Sequence record: LC768500.1
Strand: one strand, 5' to 3'
DNA: 64,000 nt
This document shows, one piece after another, positions 48,195 through 59,033 of the stretch. The notes under the pieces were generated by a model that was not told the origin of the DNA, did no database searches, and was given only the letters and a program-made list of their open reading frames with translations. Made by a program: the position numbers and the translations under genes. How positions within the stretch are numbered: position 1 is the stretch's first letter; each line of letters starts with the position of its first letter.

Positions 48195-48871
48195 ACGAAA
48201 CCCTAGAAAAATTGCTGAGTAACGCGCTGACTCACGATAGTGATTGGGAAGGCGACGCTCAACAATTTAAAGAAGGCATAAAGGAGATTCATCAGCTCCT
48301 GGAACGTCGACTGGATGCCAAGCTTCTGATGGAAGCTCTCGCTTTCTTCGACGCGTGTGAAGAAACCATCATCGACGTAAGAGCCAGGATGGTGACTGGT
48401 CCTTCTAAAGTCAATAACGATTTATTCTATAATTTCTGTAAATTTAAATATACACAGAAAATCATGGGAATCTCGGTATTGGCGGATGGCGTTTTAGTCG
48501 CTAAGGATTTCGATACTGCTATTGGTGCGGTGGTTGATGATTTGTTTAAATCATTTAATCAATCTACTGATAACGATCGTTTCCATAAAGCGATTTGTCT
48601 TCGTCGTGATGTGAAACGACTTAAGATCGCGTTGGAAGATCCTTATACCTTTAACCTGGGTGTGGATTGGACAGCCATTGAACCGAAAGAAGATTACATC
48701 GAAGACTCTACCGATCTTGATTTCTTGAAAGCATCGAGAGAACGTCTTGCTGTTAACGAAACGTCTTACGAGTTCTGGGCGATCGAAAATCGTATCCGTC
48801 AAATTACGTCGGAGAACTACATCCGTCGTTCGTTCTTAGAGCGTCTTGGTCTTTACTACAAAAAAGATTAA
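48191..48871 (+). CDS. hypothetical protein
   Basis: ATGA-coupled 226-aa ORF. Confidence 0.7.
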   Translation: MNETLEKLLSNALTHDSDWEGDAQQFKEGIKEIHQLLERRLDAKLLMEALAFFDACEETIIDVRARMVTGPSKVNNDLFYNFCKFKYTQKIMGISVLADGVLVAKDFDTAIGAVVDDLFKSFNQSTDNDRFHKAICLRRDVKRLKIALEDPYTFNLGVDWTAIEPKEDYIEDSTDLDFLKASRERLAVNETSYEFWAIENRIRQITSENYIRRSFLERLGLYYKKD

Positions 48872-48877
48872 TGTTAA

Positions 48878-48909
48878 ATACTCCTCCTACCCTAGGGTAG
48901 GAGGAGTAT
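48878..48909. terminator. bidirectional hairpin, CTCCTAC family
   Basis: 15-bp stem between convergent genes. Confidence 0.8.
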
Positions 48910-48912
48910 AGT

Positions 48913-51828
48913 TTAGGATTTATGCAATTTAAAGTTTAAAGTAATATCTTCAGCAATTGTCAACAACGTGTTATTGTTGTTGTTCAACACTTTACGAATA
49001 CTGAACCCAGTTGTAGCGTCTTTGTTACTAATGACATCGATGCTAGTAGACCCTGCAAACGATTCCAGTTTTATATCAACCACATCGTCACCAGAAATAT
49101 CTTTAAGTGCGGAGATAAGACTGGAGTTAGAAATGGTTGAGTTGGCCAGCATGTTGTTGATAGTCTCAGGATATGTGTTAGCGAGACTGGTCTGCAGCGC
49201 GTCCGACTCATACCCATTTTTGGTTAAGTAAACCGTAATGGAGAAACTGAGATCGCTCCTAATCGTCGTTTCGATATCAGCGTTGATGATGACATCGATA
49301 TTCCCGATCTTAGCTTTAGGAAGAAACTTGACTTTGGTTTCGTCCAGGCTTCGATTGTTAATCGCTGTCATATCTTGCTTGATATTATCAGTCAGATAGG
49401 TTTTGGTCGACTCATCGAAATCTTTATCGTACGTATCGGTCGTGAAGAAGTAAGAGCCGTCAAACCCTAAGAAGTCGAAGCTGTACTGCAGCTTCCTAGG
49501 TTCAACTTCTACGTTGTTACCGTCGGCGTCTTTAACAAAATCGCCGATGAGATATTTGTACGTCGGATTACCTTGAGCATCCAGAATAGGGTCGCCTTTC
49601 TTATGCAAGAAGATCGGAAGACCATCATTGCCTAAAACCAGTTTCCCTTCGTCATCACGCTGAGGATAATCTTTATCATAAGTATCCGGAACGTTGTAAG
49701 TGTACTTCTGATAACGCGCGTCGCCAGTGATCGGTCGGATACGAGTGTACATGTAATCGAGGCTCTGCCCCAGAGTAATGTTCCACTGCGTTTCGATAAT
49801 CGCTTGCATATCAGCAGAGAAAAGACTAGAGGCGATTTTGTTGTCGCTATCTGATCTGTTCGTTGCATCATCAGTAGTTTTAAGTAGAAGGAAACTGAAT
49901 GCGTTAGTCAGACTACTTGGGATATTATTTGCGTCCGCGTCGTACTGAGTCAGGTTGTTAAGATAAAGCAAATCGTTGTTATCGATGTCAAAGTTGCTCG
50001 ATAATACAAACTGCCAAATCCTTTCACCGGAACTGTTGACCCCTACCAATTCACCCTTAACAGATGCGAGCGCTGCTGCGTTAGCTGGGGTGAAACAGAG
50101 TTGTGCTCCGACCTCACTATCCTCCAAAGCCTTGTACTCTTTACCAGACTTACAAACAAGAGTAAAGACGTAGCCCGTTTTCGTTACGGAGACGTTAATA
50201 CTTGATACACCGAGCTCTATCCCCAGGTTGGTGTTCTCGTATAAGAATCTCTGGTAGTTGCCGGTAGGAGAATCCATCCGGTACATTCTTAACGACGCTT
50301 GATTGTCGGTAAGATCCATGACGTAATGGAACGGAGTGTAAACCAACGCATTCCCATTGACATAGTTGGAAATAGCCTCAAACCCGGAATTCTGGATAGC
50401 GGTTAATTCCGTTAAGGGAACTATCCTGGTCGTCGTTTTCGAAATATCGAATACCGTCCTGCTCGGTATAGTGATCCGTTCGCCATTGTCAAACACCATT
50501 CCTGTCGCTACCAGATCTTCGGCACTTTGCAGAATCGATCCGATGTAGGTGTTCATGCTAGAAACCATCCCGTCTTTATTAGACTGAGCGGGAAGATCTC
50601 TGGACGCCTTGTACAGACGATTGGTGATGTAATCGATAGACAGCACTTCGTCGTAACCACGATCCTCAATATTGTAAGAATATTGATTAGGGGTGATCGG
50701 CAAACTGTCTCGGCGATTACCGTAGATGGCCGCCCGACGAACACTTTCAAAACTACGAGGATTCGCCCCACCCGTTACGGCGTTCACGGTAATCCAGGCT
50801 TGGTTATTCGCTTCCAACAACGGCGAGGAGTATACGCCCAATTGGTTGTTGTCGTAATTATAGTCGAGATATTCCGGTGTGTGATCCGCAACACTAATCG
50901 TTTTAAGATCCTGTTCGTAATAACCGACTGTCGTATAAACGTACAACGCGATCTTACCTACGCCCAACCCACTCGTTATGTAAGCAACCGGAACTTCATA
51001 GGTAAACGAACCGTTATCATTATCCAGGGAGATGACCAAAGTCGGTACAGTCGTATCGAAGTTGGCTTTGTTGTAGCTAATAGCCATCTCGGCAGTACTG
51101 CCGTCTGAATAAGTGATAAAGGCACGGATGGCGTAAAGATAGTTACTGAAATAAAAGGTGTCTTTAGCCAAGCCGGAGGCTGCCGTTGTCGCGATATTGA
51201 ACTTAGGTGTGTTGTTCAATTGACGAACAGGAACGAGGATGCGGAGGAACTTAACGTTGCTGATAACAACGTAGTCGGTATCCAGTACGTTCTCTGAAAT
51301 TGGATTGAGCGGATTGTTGACAGTTGAATCATAAACAACGCTATGGCCGCCATGTTCCATTAAACGAATTTCGAAACCGTTTTCAATACTGAAGTAAGTG
51401 GAGTTAACCAGAATTCGAGTATCTTTAGGAACCAGTAGTTTCCGATATTTGTTTACTACCGCGCCATCTTCTTCCTGGTATTCGACAGCCAGACGTTTTA
51501 TCTCACTCACTGGAATAAGATAAGCCATCGTTGTACTGCTAGGAACACCGAGCAAACCGTACCATTCTTCGTCAGATAGATTACGGCTGAGATCAGACAT
51601 GTTCCTCGCCTGGTTTTTATACATCTGAGCGGCTGCGTCACTATGTCGGCTCAGCAGTGTATACGCCTCACCCACGATCATATCCATAGCCGTGATAAAT
51701 GGATGTGTGGGGCTGTTAAAGGCGATGTTTTTACCTGACCATGCTTCTTCGATCATGGAGAGTACGTTAGGAATAACTCGAGTGGGGTTATTCGATATTT
51801 TTTCTAAGTCGGAGTAGGAATAACTCAT
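48913..51828 (-). CDS. large baseplate protein (phiKZ gp87-like, probably gp6-type wedge)
   Basis: 971 aa, TGGANPRSFESVR resembles wedge GG.D.ES motif; synteny. Confidence 0.65.
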   Translation of the reverse strand: MSYSYSDLEKISNNPTRVIPNVLSMIEEAWSGKNIAFNSPTHPFITAMDMIVGEAYTLLSRHSDAAAQMYKNQARNMSDLSRNLSDEEWYGLLGVPSSTTMAYLIPVSEIKRLAVEYQEEDGAVVNKYRKLLVPKDTRILVNSTYFSIENGFEIRLMEHGGHSVVYDSTVNNPLNPISENVLDTDYVVISNVKFLRILVPVRQLNNTPKFNIATTAASGLAKDTFYFSNYLYAIRAFITYSDGSTAEMAISYNKANFDTTVPTLVISLDNDNGSFTYEVPVAYITSGLGVGKIALYVYTTVGYYEQDLKTISVADHTPEYLDYNYDNNQLGVYSSPLLEANNQAWITVNAVTGGANPRSFESVRRAAIYGNRRDSLPITPNQYSYNIEDRGYDEVLSIDYITNRLYKASRDLPAQSNKDGMVSSMNTYIGSILQSAEDLVATGMVFDNGERITIPSRTVFDISKTTTRIVPLTELTAIQNSGFEAISNYVNGNALVYTPFHYVMDLTDNQASLRMYRMDSPTGNYQRFLYENTNLGIELGVSSINVSVTKTGYVFTLVCKSGKEYKALEDSEVGAQLCFTPANAAALASVKGELVGVNSSGERIWQFVLSSNFDIDNNDLLYLNNLTQYDADANNIPSSLTNAFSFLLLKTTDDATNRSDSDNKIASSLFSADMQAIIETQWNITLGQSLDYMYTRIRPITGDARYQKYTYNVPDTYDKDYPQRDDEGKLVLGNDGLPIFLHKKGDPILDAQGNPTYKYLIGDFVKDADGNNVEVEPRKLQYSFDFLGFDGSYFFTTDTYDKDFDESTKTYLTDNIKQDMTAINNRSLDETKVKFLPKAKIGNIDVIINADIETTIRSDLSFSITVYLTKNGYESDALQTSLANTYPETINNMLANSTISNSSLISALKDISGDDVVDIKLESFAGSTSIDVISNKDATTGFSIRKVLNNNNNTLLTIAEDITLNFKLHKS

Positions 51829-52859
51829 TTAGCAGTCCACCATTCTAATTCCATGGTACTTAGGTTTATCCAAGGATAAACGTTGTATTGTTTTTCTAAG
51901 AATTCACTGGGTTGTATTTGACGATAGTAAGAGGAACGCTGATCATCGCCCATGTTAGGATTAAAGAATACGGTAGCGCCATTAAATCCGTCCACTACCT
52001 CAAACGTGTCAAACCTCGCCCCAACACTACTGAACTGAATTGTCAGTTCATCTTGTCCTTGACCGCGTCTGACAGTACTCTCGTTATCAATCGCCGACAT
52101 AGCACCCATGGGGTAAGTCACGGGGATGGATTGAACTGTCATGTACATGCTCTCTATATTTCGTAAGTTTTTGTTCATAATGAAATGATAGATGCGACAG
52201 TCGAAATCCCAGTAGTTACCAGCCAGCGCCTCAAGAGAAGGCTCCATCTCATTATCACCTAATCTCACTTCGGGAATATAACTTTCCCAAGTTTGGAAGA
52301 TGTAGGGAATGATACCCGGCTTTGGGTTATAGAACGTCGTGTTGATCGTCAGCGGCCCGTTCTCATCCAAAATCCCAACCGGGGCCTGATGAACCTCGTT
52401 ACGAATTCCCGGATTGCTTTTCCTGACTTCTAAATCTAAATCGGGGAACCCGTTACTGGCTTTACACAAGTTAGTCAGCGGCGCTATCCAGGCCAATTTA
52501 TTGTCGAGATCTGGATGCGGATAAAGGTTAGCTGAGCGATAATCCAATAACCCCCTGACATAAGCAGGAAGGCTATCAGTTTGTGCTTTATAGAAAGGGG
52601 CGAATCGAGGAGATTTTACAACGTTATCGTCTTCGAGATTTAAAACAGGGCGGGTGACGAAAAATAATCCTATGACGTTGTCTGCAATAGGCGTCATCTG
52701 TACGCCTGGTCCCAGAATACGGATTCCCTTTAAAGTATTTGCGAGGGGTGATGTATAGGAGGAACCTCCATTTGCTGTAAACACATCATCAAAGATGCTC
52801 AACCTGTCCGTTAGGGCTTCTCCAGTGAAGTTCTCGGAACTATTGAATTTGATATCCAT
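51825..52859 (-). CDS. tail/baseplate structural protein (phiKZ gp88-like)
   Basis: 344 aa, coupled to baseplate gene. Confidence 0.55.
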   Translation of the reverse strand: MDIKFNSSENFTGEALTDRLSIFDDVFTANGGSSYTSPLANTLKGIRILGPGVQMTPIADNVIGLFFVTRPVLNLEDDNVVKSPRFAPFYKAQTDSLPAYVRGLLDYRSANLYPHPDLDNKLAWIAPLTNLCKASNGFPDLDLEVRKSNPGIRNEVHQAPVGILDENGPLTINTTFYNPKPGIIPYIFQTWESYIPEVRLGDNEMEPSLEALAGNYWDFDCRIYHFIMNKNLRNIESMYMTVQSIPVTYPMGAMSAIDNESTVRRGQGQDELTIQFSSVGARFDTFEVVDGFNGATVFFNPNMGDDQRSSYYRQIQPSEFLEKQYNVYPWINLSTMELEWWTAK

Positions 52860-52887
52860 TATTTATTTCCAAAAAAGAGGAACGACT

Positions 52888-54003
52888 ATGATCACCGCTG
52901 TGCTGTCCTGGGCATCCGCTATTATTAGCTTAGCTAAGATGCTTAATCCTGACAACAAAAACTACGATGAGAGCAAAAAGGTCATTGATAAATTGGGTAG
53001 TGTGGCCGGAATCGTCAGCACGAGTTCCGCAGCTAAGTCAGCGCAACGCGCCATTATCAACCCGATGGTTGTGGTGGAGCGGCCGCTCCTCCACCAAGAA
53101 TATATGAATGAACTTTTAACGATCATACAATTACGCGACATCATGAACGTCCTGACCCACCTGAGTTTGCAGGGTGAAGTTGGCGGCGTTAAGATCGCTA
53201 AACTGATCGAAGGCATTAACCCGTCCCGTTCTGGTTTCCTTTCGCTGATGGGCGCCGAGTCTTTTGGTGGAACCAACATTCTTCCACCAGTGGCTGGGAC
53301 AGAAGCCGATCTGGTTACCGTTAAAGATAAAGACGGTGTGATGATCGACACTAAACTTCAAAATACCCTCAACGAATATTCCCCGCTCGCTCTGGGTAAA
53401 GTCGTTGGCGCCGAAGTTATCATCGATGGTAAACGCAACACGTTTCCACTGGTATTCCGCCAGGTACCGGTTCCTGCGGATACCAAACAGCTTGAGAACG
53501 TATTCCAGGTAGCCAAGCCTGAAGACGGCCTGCGCATGCGTATCATGATGCTCAAAACAGGCGAAATCACACCTGCCGAGTTCCTTACCGGTAGCGATCT
53601 GGTTAAGAAAGAATTCGCCGTTCGTAAGAACGATTTGACCGGGTACTACGAAGAAGCGCAAAAACGTGCGACTCGTAATCGTGCTGAGGCTATTCGCACT
53701 GGCGAAGCTTCCATGAACACAATGGCGAACGTCTTCGTTATGTCTTCCGATACCGCTCGTCAGATCGAACTCGAGATCGGCTTACGTTTTGCCAACGCCT
53801 CTTCTCGTGACCGCATTTTCAGCAAAACCGTTGCTAACACCATTGTGGTGGTCAACGAAGGCCGCGGTATATTTACGTTCTACACTCATGGCCAGGATAT
53901 GCCGGAAGTGTACACGCGTTCAGAAATCAAAGTGAAGGCTGCTAAAGATACCTCTTCTAACAGTCTGCAAGATTTGCTTAAACTCTTTAACGGTGGTGTA
54001 TAA
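52888..54003 (+). CDS. major inner-head protein (phiKZ gp89-like)
   Basis: ATG with GAGGA SD; MGAE and AGTE candidate cleavage motifs; synteny. Confidence 0.65.
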   Translation: MITAVLSWASAIISLAKMLNPDNKNYDESKKVIDKLGSVAGIVSTSSAAKSAQRAIINPMVVVERPLLHQEYMNELLTIIQLRDIMNVLTHLSLQGEVGGVKIAKLIEGINPSRSGFLSLMGAESFGGTNILPPVAGTEADLVTVKDKDGVMIDTKLQNTLNEYSPLALGKVVGAEVIIDGKRNTFPLVFRQVPVPADTKQLENVFQVAKPEDGLRMRIMMLKTGEITPAEFLTGSDLVKKEFAVRKNDLTGYYEEAQKRATRNRAEAIRTGEASMNTMANVFVMSSDTARQIELEIGLRFANASSRDRIFSKTVANTIVVVNEGRGIFTFYTHGQDMPEVYTRSEIKVKAAKDTSSNSLQDLLKLFNGGV

Positions 54004-54878
54004 TGGATCTGGTGAAATACGCTAAAGGCGTAAAGTCGCTTAAAAAGAAAGACGTCTACGATACAATCGCGTTACAGAAAGGCATGGTAAGCACGATCAA
54101 AAACATGCTCGCCCTCAACGCCAGTAACGACGTCGGATACGACCAGTACGCTCAGCGCTGGGCACTGACCAAAGGGATCCTCAAAGACGTTGGTCGTCGG
54201 GTAACTAATCCGACCATGACCGACATTTTTGTCGATTCGATTAAAGGGATCGAATTCATCCTGTCTCGTCTGGAACAACAGGCTAAAGGTATCGACGACA
54301 CCATTGACGGAGCAACCCTGACTATCAAAGAAACCAATATCCTGATCATCCTGGATAACATTGGTTATTGGACGGGTTACACTCTGGACCTGGTGGAAGT
54401 CCTTTCTTCTTTTGCGCTGGAAGGCAAAGAAGATGAGCGCGGTATTAATAAAGCCGACCTGACTTTCCTTAATAAGACTTGGTCTTATTATTCCGATCTC
54501 TCGGTTCAGTTCATGGCTGAGCCCGACCAGATCGTTCGTCGTTTAGAGAAACTCTCTGACGTGCCGGCGGATCAGGATAGTGTGGATATTGTTCAGAACG
54601 CCAAAGGTCGTGACGCTGTTAACGCGATGAGAGGGTTCGGGATTCATACCGTTCTGCCGGCCTACTGGATTCTCGATATTAAGAAAAATATCGATCTCGG
54701 TCGTATCAAAGCTAATCAGAAGCGCATCGAAATTCACTCGATGAAACTTGAGCAGCTGATGAACAAACGTAATGGTAGCAACGATCCTCACTTGGATCGC
54801 CAGATTGAAATCTACCAAAACGACATCATCAAGGCTAAGGCTAAAATCGAAGATATCGTTGAAAGCTATCAGGTGTAA
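54003..54878 (+). CDS. inner-head protein (phiKZ gp90-like)
   Basis: TAATG coupling; synteny. Confidence 0.6.
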   Translation: MDLVKYAKGVKSLKKKDVYDTIALQKGMVSTIKNMLALNASNDVGYDQYAQRWALTKGILKDVGRRVTNPTMTDIFVDSIKGIEFILSRLEQQAKGIDDTIDGATLTIKETNILIILDNIGYWTGYTLDLVEVLSSFALEGKEDERGINKADLTFLNKTWSYYSDLSVQFMAEPDQIVRRLEKLSDVPADQDSVDIVQNAKGRDAVNAMRGFGIHTVLPAYWILDIKKNIDLGRIKANQKRIEIHSMKLEQLMNKRNGSNDPHLDRQIEIYQNDIIKAKAKIEDIVESYQV

Positions 54879-54889
54879 GGGAGTTCATT

Positions 54890-55405
54890 ATGCCGAATTA
54901 CCGTTCGAGCAAATACGGTATGGTGAGCGCGGATCTTTTGGATCCCTCCCTTACCGCTGTTAACGATCTATTAAAACTCTATCTCAGAAATGCGGGCCAA
55001 GATTTCGAATTCGGCATTGCGCCTAAGAACATTCAGGAAGTGTTCCGGAACGTCAACACTCTGATGGCTAACGATTTCCGTGCTTGGCTGGCGGCTAACT
55101 ACAACGATGGCGTCGGGCTGCGATCAGATATGGTCCGTCGGGTGCTGGGTTTTCTTTCTGGTGAGCTGACGGGTCAGCTGGTCGTAGAAGGTATCCGGAT
55201 GGACCAGATCAAGGTCAGACATCTGAAACGCATCGGTGGGGAGGCTAAACCTTATCTCCCCACCCCTACCAAAAGAAATGAAAAATGGCATGATGCTCTG
55301 AACAATGTCTTACCTAACGATTTCTACAGTTTGGTAGAGGGTATCGGCTTACAGGCATTAGTTTGTTTAATGCTGACGTTAAGTGGGGAAACAGGCGATG
55401 TCTGA
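54890..55405 (+). CDS. virion protein (phiKZ gp91-like)
   Basis: SD AAGGGAG; synteny. Confidence 0.55.
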   Translation: MPNYRSSKYGMVSADLLDPSLTAVNDLLKLYLRNAGQDFEFGIAPKNIQEVFRNVNTLMANDFRAWLAANYNDGVGLRSDMVRRVLGFLSGELTGQLVVEGIRMDQIKVRHLKRIGGEAKPYLPTPTKRNEKWHDALNNVLPNDFYSLVEGIGLQALVCLMLTLSGETGDV

Positions 55406-56693
55406 TGTCGATAAGATTTCAAAAGAACTTTCGGAGATTTCCATTACTCACTCTTCCGAGTTAATCGAAGCCGCCGAAGAATCCAACCAGATGGCTGAAT
55501 TTGCTGATCGACTCTCCGAGTCGGCTGACAGGGCTTTGGTTATAAAAGAAATGCTTCAGAACGTTAACCCCACCGCGGTAACCGTTTCTTTTGGTTCAGC
55601 CATTGATAAACAGTTAAACCGTATTGGGGTGATGGACGTCATTAATAAGACGTCAGCTGACGTTTTAGGTGCGGAAGCATTGGGAAGAACCCTGATGCCT
55701 TCGGCCTATCTCCAAAGCCGTATAGCCGGCTGTGAGTCTTTTATTGGCGATGCCTTATCCAAGGCTAAGAAAATGCTGATAGCGGCGTCTGAGAGCATTA
55801 GGGACCGCTATATCCTCATTAAGGAATCTAATCGTTCTTTGGCGAGAAGAATTCTCTTAGTAGAAGAGAAGTTGAGTAAAGCCCCAGGTCCTTTAGTTCA
55901 CGGTCAGTTTAAAATTAAACTTGATCGTAATCCTCGGCTTTTCCTGGTTGATGGCGTGGTTAAAGAGCAGTGGGGAGCACAACTTGAGCGAGTGGATAAA
56001 TCCATTTCTGCGCTCATGTCGAACTACTACAAAAATAACCGCAGTTCTATCAACGAACTTCTTTCTTATTTCGGCGGGTTCTCCCATCTCGAAGAAGACC
56101 GTGCTATCGAACGTCTTTTGTCTATGCCGAGTATGATCAGCCATTACACCTTTAAGGAATGCTTATATCCCAACCGGGAACTTTCTAAGGACGGTGTGAA
56201 GGTAATGCAGTCGGTGGAACTTATGGGCGGCCGTCGTTTCCTTAACGCGGTGTATGAGAAGAAACCAAAGCAGCTTGAGTCTCTGGAAGAACTCTCCCGG
56301 TACTTCACCCAGATCCTTGAAAACGAATACGTTAAGTTCGTTGCCACCGAAAAAGTTGAATTGAATAAAGATATTGAGATCTCCAGTCTCTCTACTTTAG
56401 AAATCAAGGTTATTCTTAAACTCTGTTCAGGTATCCTTGATAAAACAGAAAGCCTGTTCAGCGAAGGCGATCAGTATTCGGTGGAAGGAAAGGATTATTT
56501 GGAAATGATTAATGTCATTTCTGATAACAACTGGGATGACAAACTCAAGTCTACCGTCGTCAGGTATTTCGAACAGCTCGCTTTGAAATATAATAAAGAG
56601 ATGCTGAACAACCGTGTGGCGGTGGTGGAATATCTGACCCTGCTTATCAATGGACTGTTAAACATCGCTGAACGCAGCATAGACGGCGAATAG
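55398..56693 (+). CDS. head protein of cleaved paralog family
   Basis: LGAE and AGCE-SFI motifs after acidic leader. Confidence 0.65.
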   Translation: MSDVDKISKELSEISITHSSELIEAAEESNQMAEFADRLSESADRALVIKEMLQNVNPTAVTVSFGSAIDKQLNRIGVMDVINKTSADVLGAEALGRTLMPSAYLQSRIAGCESFIGDALSKAKKMLIAASESIRDRYILIKESNRSLARRILLVEEKLSKAPGPLVHGQFKIKLDRNPRLFLVDGVVKEQWGAQLERVDKSISALMSNYYKNNRSSINELLSYFGGFSHLEEDRAIERLLSMPSMISHYTFKECLYPNRELSKDGVKVMQSVELMGGRRFLNAVYEKKPKQLESLEELSRYFTQILENEYVKFVATEKVELNKDIEISSLSTLEIKVILKLCSGILDKTESLFSEGDQYSVEGKDYLEMINVISDNNWDDKLKSTVVRYFEQLALKYNKEMLNNRVAVVEYLTLLINGLLNIAERSIDGE

Positions 56694-56701
56694 GAGGTAT
56701 C

Positions 56702-57676
56702 ATGTCGCTAGAGCGCATTATGCTTTCTAAAAAGGCACAGGGCCAACATCAGGATTTGATGGATGCGTTGAATCAGTTTAACGTCGTTACGGGAAACGAA
56801 ACCTTATTTGACGACGTTAAGCTTATCGGTACAAACGTTTTATCCCGGACCGCTGTGTTGGCTGGAAAAGGTATAACTGAGTTGAATAATCTCTTTACCG
56901 TTGGTACTCGTAAGGCCATGGTGAAGTTTGGGACTAATCGTCAGGCTATCTCTGTTTTATCCAGGGATGTCCCTAAACGAGAGCTCAAAGAAGAGGTTGT
57001 TCTTCCAGCGTCCTTTGTCAACAACGTGACCTCAGAGGGTGACCTGGGTACGGTTATCGATGATACTCGGACCCTCAGTCAAACACTGGATCTGTTGGTT
57101 CGTCATCTCAATGATATCGACGCATACCTGAAACAGCAACTGGGTTACGTAAAGGACATTGGGAACGTTCGTACTAATGATCAGGGCGTGGCTTTGATTC
57201 AGAAATACGACAAACTATCCTATCCGGCATTACAACTACCTATTCACGCTAATTTTATAGCCTCTTCGCACCCCTTGCCCGGAGGGAAGATTTTAACTTA
57301 CGATGATAAACGTCATGTTTATTCTATGTCTGGTAAAAAGCCCCACGGCGAAGCCCAACCTTATCCTGCTCAATTAGATACGGTTGGATGGTTACGAGCG
57401 GTTAATGGCGTCAACGATCATTTACAGCGCTTAATCAAGTATATGTACGAGTACAATACTTTTGTTAAGAACTGGGCTAGTGCGGTGAAATCAGCGTACC
57501 CTCATCTCGAAAGAGAAGATAACCTGAGTGAGTCCGTTTCTAAGCAGCTCGAAAGAATGCTTGATGGTAACGTCAACATTATGCAATTGTATAGCGGATT
57601 ACTCCCTCGTCTTATTGGATACACGGATAAGTATATCCAGGATGTGTTAGGGTCCGTCAACAAACTTCTTAATTAA
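56702..57676 (+). CDS. head protein of cleaved paralog family
   Basis: TGNE-TLF motif; SD AGGAGG. Confidence 0.65.
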   Translation: MSLERIMLSKKAQGQHQDLMDALNQFNVVTGNETLFDDVKLIGTNVLSRTAVLAGKGITELNNLFTVGTRKAMVKFGTNRQAISVLSRDVPKRELKEEVVLPASFVNNVTSEGDLGTVIDDTRTLSQTLDLLVRHLNDIDAYLKQQLGYVKDIGNVRTNDQGVALIQKYDKLSYPALQLPIHANFIASSHPLPGGKILTYDDKRHVYSMSGKKPHGEAQPYPAQLDTVGWLRAVNGVNDHLQRLIKYMYEYNTFVKNWASAVKSAYPHLEREDNLSESVSKQLERMLDGNVNIMQLYSGLLPRLIGYTDKYIQDVLGSVNKLLN

Positions 57677-57713
57677 TAAGTTTTACATCAAATCTCTCTA
57701 GAGGATTTAAATA

Positions 57714-58979
57714 ATGAGTAAATTGTTTCTGGATCTGCTGGCTCGTCAGGGCAACGAAAACCTGGAAATCGAACTGGGTAATGGCGATACCGCTGTAATC
57801 GTTCCTGAGTCGGCCGAAGAAATCGCTGAAATGGCTGCTGAAAACGTTGTTGCCGAAACTTCCGAAGCGCTGGAAGAACACGCCGGCGACGTTGAAGACC
57901 TGTGCGACAAAGTTGAAGAACTGGAAGAGCAGGTTGAAGAACTGCAAGAAGTCGTTGAAGGCGCCGAAGCCCTCCTGCAACCGGGTACCCAGTGGAACCC
58001 TGCTGCGTTCGCTCTGCTGTATGCTCGCGGTGAAAAACTGAACGCCAAAATGAGCGATGCTGTCGTTCCGGTTATGGGCGCGGAATCTCTGGCTGACGCG
58101 ACTACTGCCGAACTGTCTGCTCGTGAAGGCCTGGAAGCTATGGGCGCAACCGTGAAAAAATGGGGTTCTCAGGCGATCGCGTTCATCAAGAAAATCTGGG
58201 ATAGCCTGATCTCCTTCATCAAAGGCCTGTTCTCCAAAGCCACCGCGGTTAAGAACAAAGCGAAAGCGGTTGCCGCTCGCCTGGAAAAAACCAAAAAACT
58301 GAAAGAAACCATCAAGCTGGGCAAATGGAACGCGTTTGTCGGTGTTGGCGAAGGTCAGCCTAAATCTGCAACCGGTCTGTCCACTCTGATCGGCGCTGCC
58401 GGTAAAGTGGTAGCGGGTTCTGAAGCTCTGCTGTCTTCTCCGGGTAACGCCGCTGCGCTGGCAGGTCCGGTTAAAGAACTGAGCTCCGCTGCAGCTGGCC
58501 TGGACTCTGTTTTCGGCCCGGCTAAGAAAGCTGGCGGCGACAAAGCCGTTGCTGCTCACCAGTGGCGTGGTCTGACCATCGCGGTCGGTTATTACGCTGG
58601 TAAAGTCGAAACCTTCGAAGATGTTGCGAAAGCCGCTAAAGCCATCCGCATCTCCTGGAAAGTTTCCGGCGGTAAAACCTCTGGCGAACACAAAGTCACC
58701 GACGGCAAAGACGCGCTGAAAAAATACATCAGCGACGCCAACGCTCTGGTTGACTCCATCGCTTCTTCCAAAGTTGAAGCGCAGTATGGCGCGGCTAAAC
58801 GCGATCGCATCATCGGCCTGCTGAAAGCAGCTGATACCAAAGACGGCGAAGACGTGGGTAAAGCAGTTAACGCAGTGAAAGCTGCTCAGACCGCTCTGTC
58901 CTCTGTAACGACTTCCGCGACCCGTCTGGGCCTGGCTATCGCTAACGGCGAACTCGACTACGTACGTGCTTGCCTGTAA
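57714..58979 (+). CDS. high-copy inner-head/ejection protein (phiKZ gp93-97 / SPN3US gp53-54-like family)
   Basis: Acidic propeptide, QGNE/MGAE/EGLE motifs, amphipathic helix, extreme codon bias. Confidence 0.75.
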   Translation: MSKLFLDLLARQGNENLEIELGNGDTAVIVPESAEEIAEMAAENVVAETSEALEEHAGDVEDLCDKVEELEEQVEELQEVVEGAEALLQPGTQWNPAAFALLYARGEKLNAKMSDAVVPVMGAESLADATTAELSAREGLEAMGATVKKWGSQAIAFIKKIWDSLISFIKGLFSKATAVKNKAKAVAARLEKTKKLKETIKLGKWNAFVGVGEGQPKSATGLSTLIGAAGKVVAGSEALLSSPGNAAALAGPVKELSSAAAGLDSVFGPAKKAGGDKAVAAHQWRGLTIAVGYYAGKVETFEDVAKAAKAIRISWKVSGGKTSGEHKVTDGKDALKKYISDANALVDSIASSKVEAQYGAAKRDRIIGLLKAADTKDGEDVGKAVNAVKAAQTALSSVTTSATRLGLAIANGELDYVRACL

Positions 58980-59007
58980 TCCCTCGGGATGGTTGTTTAA
59001 ATCAAGA

Positions 59008-59033
59008 GAGGGGAGTCCTTAGGGGCTCCCCTC
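59008..59033 (+). terminator. hairpin terminator
   Basis: GAGGGGAGTCC/GGGCTCCCCTC followed by T-rich sequence. Confidence 0.7.
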
